DNA of 64,000 nucleotides from positions 2,880,733 through 2,944,732 of the forward strand of contig NC_068990.1 of the NCBI RefSeq assembly GCF_001194135.2, in the 5' to 3' direction. Under the pieces are notes generated by a model. The model saw only the letters and a program-made list of their open reading frames with translations, was not told where the DNA came from and ran no database searches. Positions 53,021 to 64,000 of the stretch are shown one piece after another (the first letter of the stretch is position 1; each line of letters starts with the position of its first letter). The DNA comes from Octopus bimaculoides (lineage: Eukaryota). The position numbers and the translations under genes were made by a program.

Positions 53021-53135
53021 TTTTACCATGATCAAACTAGAGGTGAGATACGGAGCACAGTAAATTTTACCAACATATAAAGATTCATGGCATTTTTGAC
53101 ACTAAATAAAATACAACTCATTGTTCGTTAAAATA

Positions 53136-53985
53136 CAAGGTCTGATCAATAAGTATCCGGACTGCTGCTATGGTAACGAAGTTAAAGCAGGCAGAGTAAA
53201 ACCCCTCGGCAAAAATTGACCTTGATCTCTCTTATTTATGTGTACTAAGTTTTAACTTTCTAGCTCACTTTCACTGATTACAGCAGTACTTGGAATCAAA
53301 CTGTTTAGCGTGTGATCGTCGCATTGTCCATGACAGAGAAACTTGTCATGGTGATACCTTCGCAGAGTCCTATACAAAGTTGAAAAAATATATGAAAAGG
53401 AATATAGGAACCAACAAAAATGTACGAGTGTTTCAGACGTTTCCAAGATGGCTGAAATATTGTCGATATTGACGAACATTCTGGGATACCCGCAGCCAGC
53501 AGAACTAAGAAAAACATCGCAGATGTGCGTGCAGCTGTGAGGAGAAATCGTCGAATCACCAACCATAAGTTATCAGAGGATGTGCAAACTAGTTACGATT
53601 CAGTTCAGTCGAATATCACGTGTCTGCCAAATTTGTGTCAAAACCGCTTTGATTTGACGAAGAAGACACTCGGGTTTGAGTTGCACAAGACCTCTTTGAT
53701 CGTGTCGAGAACCAATTGAAACTTTTTGAAAACTTTGCGTAGGCCTCTGAGCAGGTATCACCTAGCTTTTGGCCAAACGTGATGCAGATTCTCTGCTCAA
53801 CTTTCTCTGTCAATACCACGTTCATACGTTACACACCTTCTTTCTAAACACTGTTCTAAACAGCAGACGTTAGCTAGAACGTTAAAACGTAGTTTTCATG
53901 CACAGCAGTGTTAAAACGGCTTTACTCTGAGTGCTTGAGCTTCGTTCCCATGACAGCAGTCTGGATACTTATTGATCAGACCATG
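53136..53985. mobile_element. Mariner derivative, 850 bp, built from two opposed 5' ends
   Basis: 32-bp TIRs ca(a/t)ggtctgatcaataagtatcc(g/a)gactgctg, TA on both sides. Plus arm: MYECFRRFQDG...VRAAVRRNRRIT...HVSAKFV. Minus arm: TEKVEQRICITFGQKLGDTCSEAYAK. Confidence 0.9.
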
Positions 53986-55039
53986 TATTACTAACTACTT
54001 AGCGCAATGTCATTCAGAATTTTTACCATCATTGCAGTTAGGCTATATGAGGAAATTTTCTTTTCTAAAATGGCAGTTTTTCCTTATATACCATCAGTAG
54101 AATAGATATGAATTCATCAAATATTCTTAGTTTTGAAGTATTAAAATATACACAACTTACTCCGAACGTTCTAAATAGAATCTTGTAACTTGTTGCATGA
54201 ATCTCCCTCTGAAAATATCTTGCATCAGTTAATACTAGCTTAAAACAACGGAAGACGTTTTTTTTAGCAGATACGGACTGATAAATCTTCATTACTATAT
54301 GGTTAAACAGTATATTTTTCAACTCTGCCTCATCTACCTTTTTATCCTCCATGAATCAGATGAATCCTGTAGAACGCTATATGCATATATGTATATATAT
54401 GGTATAATTTACATTCCATTATGAATTTAGCGTCTGCTGTTTGTAAAAGTGTAAATGCTTAATCCTTCATGAATATCTATTCAAATTCTCGGGATAGCTT
54501 ATCTCGGATTTCTAATAATTATCTTTGCATTGACTTTTCTTGTCACGTACACATTAGTGAATAATCTAAATTTATTCTACACTAGATATCGAATAAATGC
54601 ACACTAATGATATTATACATTATTGTTGTGTATCATAGAACACTTAACTAAATGCAAGACAACTTTCGACATGATTCACGCAGTGAGAGAAGATAACTAG
54701 ATAAAATTATGTATCAAATGAGATCTTTGAACGTTTTGTCCTGAATAATCATTTCAGTCTCCACCTTATAATAATAATACTTCTTTTCCTAATTTAGTTA
54801 CTTCACATGAATAAATTTTGAATGAATGGGGCTACTGGTAGTTTATTTTATCAACTCACAAATGTGAAGAAGCAACTTTGACTCCAAGGGTTTTGAATCG
54901 GAAACGTTAACAATGGGAGAAAATACAACACATAAAAAATTACACCCAGAATGTTAAATGAAGAGATGCTGTACGTATAAACAAGGATTCCAGAGAATGG
55001 TCGACGCTAATTGAAATATAATTACTGAGTCTACTGTGA

Positions 55040-55180
55040 ACAAGTCAATATAACTATTCTGTGACTTCCAGCCTTTTGAGATCGATAAATTAAGTAGCGT
55101 TTGTGTACTGAGGTTGATCAAATCAACTGACCTCCTCCCCAACAATTACGGGCCCTGTGTCTAGAGCAGAAAAGAATATA
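55040..55180 (+). mobile_element. SINE family A, 3' part
   Basis: ccttttgagatcgataaattaagtag...gggccctgtgtctagagcagaaaagaat. Confidence 0.7.
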
Positions 55181-55269
55181 TCCATTCTGTATTACATTTT
55201 GTCATATGTCTGTGTGTGTGTTTGTTTCATTTAAGCCAGTGCATTGATATGTTACTCAGTAGTTTTCAT

Positions 55270-55945
55270 AACATTTTACCATGGTCTTAATCAAAGCAGG
55301 CGCGTGCCCTTCTCATTCCATTTGTCCTGGGCTATTTTCGTGCGAAATTGCTTTTGAGTCGCCGCCAGCAGCTTGGAGACGAATTTCGCCGACACTCTCC
55401 GCGTGCACAAAAACTTCGTTGAAATTCACTGACCACGAAATACACCGATCCTGTTCTTATTCCCACTTCGTGAGCAATTTCCTGGATTGTTACACGACGG
55501 TCTGCCATGACCATTCGCCGAACCTTCTTAATCGGCTCCTCGTTTCAGCTTGTGAATGGCCTGCCTGAGTATGCCGCGCTCTTTACAGAGGCGCAACCAT
55601 GTTTGAAGCAGTTGTACCACTCTTTCAGCTGCGATTTGTCCATCATCGGCAGAGTCCTGCTGAATATTCTGGATGGTTTGAGCTTCAGTATCAAGCTTTT
55701 GGCAAAACTCTTTGCAATATCTCTGCTCAACGTGCTTAGCCATCTTGGGTGAAAACGAAAATTCCGACGACCGCTGACTACATGTCTCTACTCTAGGCAT
55801 AATCGCCGGTAAATGACCGGCCCCGAAATTTTTTGAAGTTGCACAGGAAGGGTGGCTTGACCTCACACCTAAGAGGATTTTCTCCCAAGCGGTAATCGTT
55901 TGGGAGGTAAAAAATAAAGTCGGATACGTTTTGAACCCATCTCAT
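55270..55945 (-). mobile_element. Mariner element 5' half (decayed transposase N-terminus)
   Basis: TIR-like end gagatgggttcaaaacgtatccgac near 55945. ATG at 55743: MAKHVEQRYCKEFCQKL / KEWYNCFKHG...SGRPFTS / RRVTIQEIAHEVGI / RVSAKFVSKLL. Confidence 0.88.
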
Positions 55946-56454
55946 GTGTGTGAGTGTGTGTAATTTTGTGTGTGTGGTGGGGTGTCTGTCTGTGTATGCC
56001 TGTTAATGATATAAAATTAATGAGCAATATAGTTTTTATTCTCCAAAACCTACTAGCGAAAATGATAGCATGGTTCACCCTTCTTTTAACTTGATCAATT
56101 CATTGTGGTTTATTTTCCTGATTAGTGCAATTGCTTATGGAATACAGTTCGTTAAATAGACGTACTGAATCAAATAGCTTGCTTTAATCTTTCTGGTGCC
56201 GATAAATAAAGTATTGGTTTGACGCAATGGAGTAGCAGAGACGCTAGAGTGACGTGCAGCATTTGTCCAAGTACTTCCCGCTCTTCAGAATTCAAATTTT
56301 ACCGTATCTTGCTTGGAGATCGATATACTTATTCTTTCGTTTAGTATAACAGTATGACCTGGTTTTTCGGTGTATCTTGCATTCAGTGAATTTGTCAATT
56401 TTCTTTTAAATACTCGCATCATTTCTTGTTTAAAGGACAATGAATTAGTTATAT

Positions 56455-56600
56455 GAGTATAGAAACCGATGTCGTAAGCATTGGGGTGAACCACGCACAT
56501 TGTCGGATGGATGATCAGAGAAATTCGAAACAGTTTATCCAAGGCGCCCTGAGAACAAACAGAGGCTGCGGTTTCAAAACTGAGTAGAAGAATTAATGAA
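56455..56600 (+). mobile_element. RTE-clade LINE C-terminal fragment
   Basis: AHCRMDDQRNSKQFIQG resembles GHxxRMxDxRxPKQ; similar to 61640-61810. Confidence 0.45.
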
Positions 56601-59399
56601 CGCATTTAAAATAAATAATATTGTATAACACCACCACAATTTCACACTCAGTGAGATGTAACTTCATACTGATTTCGTACAAAAATTAATATTGGATCTC
56701 GACTCCCGAAAGAAATCTTGTTTTCGACGCATTTGATCATAAGAGGCGTGACTATGTTCCGCACAGCATTGTCAGTCATTCTGCCGCATTTACATATTTT
56801 AAAGAATTCCTTGATGAGAGGTTGTGGGGCGGTGGCCATGCTCCTCTTTTGAGAAGCCTCGGAGTTTGTTGGAAACTTGTGAAAAAATTTATCCCAAGTA
56901 CCTTGCGTCTTCGAATGATGGTAACAGCATCAGTTCTCTTAAAGGTATACAAGGGTTAGATGGTACTCTTAAACGGAACTATTGAATGTCTGTACGTCTC
57001 AAGAACAATAACGAGACATCATACGGGTTTCCTTACATAGTTTTGTCCACAGAGTGGCTTTGTTTGAACTGAGATTAAAAACACTTGCTCTGCTGAGTGA
57101 GCTGTGTAATTGTGAAGAGAAAATCTTAAGCAAACATCTATGACTATCAAACACACTTTCACGCAGAAATCATCGATTTTTACGTAGGCGCAACGTCTCA
57201 TATGTAGGCCATTATTACAGTCGATTAACTCGCTCCCTTTACATTATCATTCTTTCTTCTATCGTCCTCAAAGGATTAAATGTAAAATTGACCGTGACGC
57301 GATGCGAAATCAGTAGGTTAAGAGACATAACTAAATACCACATGACATTACGTGCCCCGCTTTACCAGTACAGATAATTAACTGCCCACTGTGATTCAGA
57401 ACCTAATACTGAAAGCAATAGAGTCTCAGAGCTTAATATTTATTAGAGTCTTAATATTGATTTCTGTGTAAGCTGACGTTAGAAAATTGTAAGGGTAAAT
57501 TAGTAGGTTGAATCGACCGTAGCATATTTTGGTTCTCTAATTAGTTTATAGATGCCAGACCGATGACACGCACAGTCGTACATAAAAGAGAGGCATTGAA
57601 TAATATTCGGCATTTAATCCTTCACTTTTATGTTTCAAACAGGCTATCGCCTTCAACTAATGTTAATATTGCACCATATATTTGAGTATGTGTTATATTT
57701 GAGGGTATCTATCTCCCTCTTTCAACTGTTTCGCTTCGATAATGCTACTAATATATATACAAAGCCATGAAGGTCAAAGACTATTACTTTACACAAACAT
57801 TAGACTTTTCCTTCTTCTGCATTTATTAACGCCTTGTAGTTTTTTTTGTCTTAATAACGTTACAGTTATTTCTTTTTCGAAGGGAGTTTCTTTTAATTTC
57901 TTGTTTCACATGTATTTTAAACAAAAGAAAAAGACAGAAAGAAATAACCAATGATATCTGACATCGACTTTTTACGTTCTAGTCTATAACATTATCTATA
58001 ATCAAGTTGCAGTTAGTTTCCTTTGTTCTTTCTTATACTTAACATCGTTGGAATCACTAAATGGAGAGAAAAAAGTAACTCTCGCATCACTTTACATTTC
58101 AAATATACGTAAATTTGTGCTTCTCTGCACACAATTGGTAAATGCATATTCAGGATTTCAACGACACTCAGAAGGATTTTTCATTACGTTTTCAATATAT
58201 GTAGGTTTACAATAGACTTTAGCATTTGTTAATAAAAGATTCCTATGTAATTTTGTAATTTGGCGTACATGCGGAAATTCTCTGGCAAGAAAAGAACGGC
58301 GGTTCTAAAATGTGGTTGTTGTTGTAGAAGTATAGCTTCAGGTCATCTCTGAACGAGCAGACCTATTATCCAAGGGATTTCAAATATGACTAACCTTGGT
58401 GGTTTAATCATAGAGTTAGTAACGCCTCGGCAGGGCAACTTGGTGTTTGAATACTTTCGTTTGCAATCAGAGTTCTGATTTTCGTTAGTTCTACTTTACT
58501 TTCTTTCTTTCCTCAACCGACAAAGTAAATACTTATAGTTAGTGTTTTATAATCTACTCTAGAGAGAAGTAATCAATCAAAGACGAAGTCCTATCACTGA
58601 AACTAGTATCACTAAAGAAAATTAAAGTAATACTAAGCGAAGAGTTATATTATTTAAACTGCTCTTCCTTTTCAAAACACTAGGGTGGAATTTGAGCGAC
58701 GAGTTTCAAGCAGTTATTTAACAGCTTCAGCATCTAATCTATTGTTCGCTAATGTTCATCTTTATTAGAAAAATAAATCGCCTGCCATATTGTCACTGGA
58801 CTTTAGTAGATTCTTAAATCCTTTATAGTAGTTTATGATTACTCTGTAAGTTATTTTTGTCTCTTCGCCTTACATTTATCAATCATTACTTGCAAAGCCT
58901 TACAACTTTGTTAAACTGTTATATTGTTTGAAATGGCGGCATTCTGGTTCCGATCACACTGCGATAAGGTTAACAATATTTCATCTGTCTGGGTTCGATA
59001 AATAAATAATTATTTTACGACAACGAGCCGACAGAAACCTTAGAGTATTGAATGGGAAGCCTTGCAGCATTGTGTCCAAACTTTTCGCTCAGAATCCAAA
59101 TTCCACCATGGCTTACAAGTAGGGGGACAGTCTTCTTCCTTCGCACAGGCTCTTCAGTATATTTAGCGGTGTTTTCGGGCCATTTCTATTGAAGAGTCAC
59201 AAAATAAAGTAAAAATAAAGGAAACAAAAGATACAATTATATATGCCCGGTTTTTGGGGCATTTTGTTTAAAATAACATTGTTTATGTTTGTTTGGCTGA
59301 GGTTACATGACAATGGAGATGGATAGATAGAAATATAGATAGGTAAATATAAATAGGCTGACTGATAGATAGATGTCTGTTTTCCTCTTTACTTATCCG

Positions 59400-60370
59400 T
59401 CTATGGTGTTTGGACTTATTGGTTGATGGTTGCTTCCTATATTTCAGTTATTGGCTATTTGTAGTGTTATGTATTGTAGAATATGCGTTTCTTGTCTGTA
59501 CTTGGGGTGAAATGGATGGAGGTCATTCCCGCGTATGTTCTTGCGTAATTAGAGGTTCGGTACCTCAGTTCAGTTCCTCTGGGCTTAATGTCTACGTTTG
59601 TTTTCCTCGTATTTCTTTGTCGTTGTGGTTTCGTTTTCATGATGGATTTCTCTCCATAGATTTTTTTTTTTCATATTTAGTGAACCACTCTTATTTTTCC
59701 CACATTTTTATGGATTTTTCTTCTTCCCGCTTTGTGTCTTCTTTCCCTAGTTTTTGCAGTTTTTCATGACATTGATTGTCACTCTGCTCGGCAAACTCAG
59801 CAAACATTACTGCGCCAATAATTTTTACTTTTTCTTCGTGTTTAACTTTTCGTGATTGTAGAAGAGCTATTTTTGTTTCCAGTCGGCATAGAGCTAAATT
59901 CGCACGTATCTTTGTCTCTTCCAGTGATTCACTTCTTATTTCTTTAAAAAGAAATTTTCTGGGCAGGATTGGACTTTCTTTGCTTCACCAATTCTGGTAG
60001 GTGTTTGCTATATTGTTGCATCGAATACTCTTCCAATATGCATGTCTCCTTTAATTGAGGAGTTTCTTCCAGAGATGTGGTTTTAAGGTGTTTTCTTTTT
60101 GTACTTCCAGAGATGTGGTTTCAAGTGAGTTTGTTCTTGCTACCTTCTCGTTGTTTGTCTCTGTTACTAGAGCAACTTCTGTATGGGTGTCATTCACAGT
60201 TTTATCTGCATTGGTGAAGACTGTATCCAGTCTTGAAATAAGTAAATTTAACTTATTAGATATTTCTGTGAAAAGTTCTTCTGTAATTTTGGCGTTTCTC
60301 GGCTGCGAGTTTGATTGTGTACCATTCATTCTGGCGTCTTGTATATCCAAGGAGATATGTATAGAGTGTT
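59400..60370 (-). pseudogene. Decayed coiled-coil-rich ORF, probably a retroelement N-terminal region
   Basis: ORF 60051-60350 plus a downstream broken frame KEIRSESLEETKIRANLALCRLETKIALLQSRK...KREEEKSIKMWEK*EWF. Strongly coding-like strand bias; family not established. Confidence 0.4.
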
Positions 60371-60632
60371 AAATGTGACATACAGAAATTTAATATTTAG
60401 AAAAAAAGTCGTCATAATTTGGGAACAAAAATATTTTTATTTCTTCATTATTATTAACGCTTCCGTTCCTTTCTCGAACTTGTGAACTAAAATTTTGGGA
60501 ATGTACAAACAGCTTGTTCATTTATATAAAGTGGATGTTTTTTGGAGGTTTTGTTTAGAAGAGAACATTGTTTTTGCTTTTTGGGGTGATGTTCCATGAC
60601 AATGGAGGTGGATAGATAGAAATATACGCAGG

Positions 60633-60634
<2 letters not shown>

Positions 60635-60703
<69 letters not shown>

Positions 60704-60790
60704 GCAAACTGACAGACAGGCAAACTGACAGACAGACAGACAGACAGATAGATAGATAGATAGGTAGATAGTCAGTGAGGCAGATAGACA
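60635..60790. repeat. (GATA)n/(GACA)n compound microsatellite
   Basis: Direct reading; includes a duplicated gacaggcaaactgaca unit. Confidence 0.9.
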
Positions 60791-61541
60791 GATAAGTAGA
60801 GGGAAAGAGAGAGAAGGGGATACTCCTTTCTATTCACCATTCATTTATTTATTTATTCAATCAGTCTTTTACCATTGTATCGGAATAAGTTTAAGCATGG
60901 TGACCTTTTCAAAAATAAAACCAGGTGCGGTTTCTTCCTCACTGAAAGGCATTTTGATTTCTACCTCTCTTTTTTTTCCTTCTTTTTCCCCTCTTTCTTT
61001 CTTTTTCTCTTTGAGGTATATTTAGAATAGAAAGTGCACTGTCACCCCTTCAAGGCATTCATTTTTGGAGGAAATGTTTTGCTGAAATGTCGTTCTGTAT
61101 GAAAAACCATTAGTATAATATTTGCAAATTAACAATTTGAAAAATCAATCAATAAAAAAAAANNNNNNNNNNNNNNNNNNNNNNNNNNNNNNNNNNNNNN
61201 NNNNNNNNNNNNNNNNNNNNNNNNNNNNNNNNNNNNNNNNNNNNNNNNNNNNNNNNNNNNNNNNNNNNNNNNNNNNNNNNNNNNNNNNNNNNNNNNNNNN
61301 NNNNNNNNNNNNNNNNNNNNNNNNNNNNNNNNNNNNNNNNNNNNNNNNNNNNNNNNNNNNNNNNNNNNNNNNNNNNNNNNNNNNNNNNNATATATATATA
61401 TATATACGTAATGCTAGAAAATCCCAATGTTACACGCGTATATATATAGCTGAACATTTGTAGAGATGAGTCACATTTGGAATAAAGTATTCAAATTCTC
61501 CACTTTAACTTACATTCAATCTTGTTGATAATCCCGTGATG

Positions 61542-61591
<50 letters not shown>

Positions 61592-61639
61592 GTGTGTGTG
61601 CATTTATGTGTAAGTATGTGTGTAAGCGTGTGTGTATAT

Positions 61640-61810
61640 GTATGTACTCCAGAAACCCATGTCTTAAACGTTGAGGCAATAGGACATTGAACGAAATACA
61701 TTCTACGGCTGACTGATCAGAGAATCTCCAAGCAAATTCTGTGGGAGAAGATTGTATGTCTAAGGTGCACTCAGAACACACAGAGGCTGTAGCTTCAGGA
61801 GTGTACAATA
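61640..61810 (+). mobile_element. RTE-clade LINE C-terminal fragment
   Basis: KYILRLTDQRISKQILWEKI. Confidence 0.5.
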
Positions 61811-62682
61811 TAAGCAACATGAAACTCAAACGTGATCAGTCGATTGCGTCTTTAACTGTATGTTTTTCTCGATAGGGTTATTAGCACTATACAAAGGCGT
61901 TTTAGCTCTAGAAATACATTGTCCTAATTTGCTTGGCATGTGTTCTTTGATCTGTTCGAAAACGTAGGCAGTAACAAGAGCTTGCGCTCCGCTCGCTTAG
62001 CGGTCAAATCCATTGTAACATAAAACCAAACTATTAACATGCAAACACAAAATAGGAAATACCGTCAAGGTATAATGTCCGCATCGCAAAGACTCAGTTC
62101 TCCACTGAGCAGAAATTTGATTATTGTGTCTTCTGTCATAGACATGGCCAAGCTAGAGCATTCAGTGAAAGAAAAGTTAGGCTTTCAGTATAAGAAATCA
62201 ATAACAATTATTAGACTATAGAAACGAAATAGTTACTTCATAAATTAGTCAGTGAAAAAATAAATTATCATGGGTTCATTTCCTCGCAAAACGTAGCCAA
62301 TTATCATATTATTTTTGGTCTGTTTTATAATTATCGATAATGCTTTACCTTTTATTTTTATGCACAGAAAGTACTAGAATGTAAAATTCAATCATTTCTT
62401 ACTGCTGCATCGAAAACTTTTCTTCACGTGAGAAGTTGAATTTGCATAATCATTTGGATCGCATTGGTCGTTAATGCTATAAATAACGTACCCAGTCATT
62501 AATTAAATTGAAATATTTCCATAGGGATTAGAATATCCCAGCCAGATTGGATACAGTACGAATGCCTATAATATCTATACAATAAACACTATATATACAT
62601 ATTTATTAATATATATATATGTGTGTGTGTGTGCATTTATAAATTATGTATGCATATGTATACATATATGTGTATGTATATT

Positions 62683-62745
<63 letters not shown>

Positions 62746-64000
62746 NNNNNNNNNNNNNNNNNNNNNNNNNNNNNNNNNNNNNNNNNNNNNNNNNNNNNNN
62801 NNNNNNNNNNNNNNNNNNNNNNNNNNNNNNNNNNNNNNNNNNNNNNNNNNNNNNNNNNNNNNNNNNNNNNNNNNNNNNNNNNNNNNNNNNNNNNNNNNNN
62901 NNNNNNNNNNNNNNNNNNNNNNNNNNNNNNNNNNNNNNNNNNNNNNNNNNNNNNNNNNNNNNNNNNNNNNNNNNNNNNNNNNNNNNNNNNNNNNNNNNNN
63001 NNNNNNNNNNNNNNNNNNNNNNNNNNNNNNNNNNNNNNNNNNNNNNNNNNNNNNNNNNNNNNNTATATATATATATATATATATATCCCATATAACGTGT
63101 TGTTTTTTATTACGCCATTACTATATCAATATGCAGATACGTCAAAAATTAATTTATAATATAAAGGCTAATAGGTTTTTGGCCTTTTTACCCAGCTTAA
63201 TGATTCATATCAGCTGCTTCACAGTTAATCATTATCTGAATCTCAGAGAGAGAGCAGATTCCATCTAAATTAGCAGATCGGAATTCCCATTCCTTTAAAC
63301 TGTTTATAGTCTATTAGGCCTGTGTGATAGAAAATATTTTATCGTATTAATCATCCACCGATCCCAAAGGTTATGGATACTCAATTTATCATAAGTGCAA
63401 TTTATAAGCAAACATTCACATTAATGTTACTTGAATGCTCGCAGTGACATTAGATACTATTAACGGCATTAAGATTTATCAGCAGTTATGCCATGAATGA
63501 TAATCTGAGAACATATGTCCATTAAAAATTTCGTATGATTAGATCATACGATACATGTTTACAATAGTCATTGTTATGCAAATGCTGTCTTCGTTATTTT
63601 GTTTATAGCGATTATATTAATTCCTTAAAGACTACAAAACTCGAAAGATCAAATAATACTAACGAAGCAAATAGTGTCCAATCGCTTCATGCTAGTTTCT
63701 AGATTTCCTTAAGTAACACCATTTGAGGACCGTTTATTTTAAATGTTTATCCCAATTCATGGAGGCCCTTTAAGTAGACTAATCTTTGATCTCTAGATTT
63801 ATAATGGATAAGGTTTAGTGTCTTAAGTTTGCAGTTTAAATCCAGGCAAATGTCTTATACAGTAGATAAAGAAACTTCTCTAATATTCTTTAAATCAGTA
63901 ATCTCTTACATTTGTCTGAATATTTTTTTATTATACCTAAGGCAACTACTATGATAGTAATTATTTCTGTTTTTAGATTCCACATTCGAGCTACCTCTAT

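Noticed and set aside
54065-54352. 95-aa minus ORF with an internal ttttcag...GTAAGT pair (48 nt)
   Set aside because: No homology recognised; such signal pairs are frequent by chance in AT-rich DNA.
59125-59165. Minus-strand CTGAAGA-GCCT...AGG motif as a hammerhead
   Set aside because: No C-GAAA closing stem II and no stem I partner.
914-63268. Most long ORFs in the track (YIYI, CVCV, HTHT, poly-X, poly-I/N/L/V)
   Set aside because: They are translations of microsatellites and N gaps, not genes.
1-64000. CRISPR arrays, rRNA genes, prokaryotic operons
   Set aside because: No repeat-spacer arrays or rRNA-like sequence; the window is eukaryotic repeat-rich DNA.

Overview
This is AT-rich, gapped eukaryotic genomic DNA with many N runs and dense (TA)n/(CA)n/(TAA)n/(CTA)n/(GATA)n microsatellites. 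The repeat families look to me like those of an octopod cephalopod; that is recognition, not a database result. I could not support any host protein-coding gene. Nearly all ORF-track entries are microsatellite or gap artefacts, or retroelement/transposon debris. Supported content: about 20 tRNA-derived SINE copies or fragments from several families; a Penelope-like (Neptune-type GIY-YIG) element in partial tandem; three R4/Dong-like RLE-LINE fragments; an L1/Tx1 5' portion; RTE fragments; Tc1/mariner relics and MITEs. The most interesting signal is a family of short non-coding elements carrying minimal type I hammerhead-ribozyme folds (CUGAUGA-A-stemII-GAAACGUH). One copy, at 39.2-39.6 kb, is a head-to-head palindrome with tRNA-type Pol III promoter boxes pointing outward, each arm ending in a hammerhead motif. 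A second, unrelated hammerhead-like motif with a core variant sits at 3.6 kb. Ribozyme activity is inferred from fold only.
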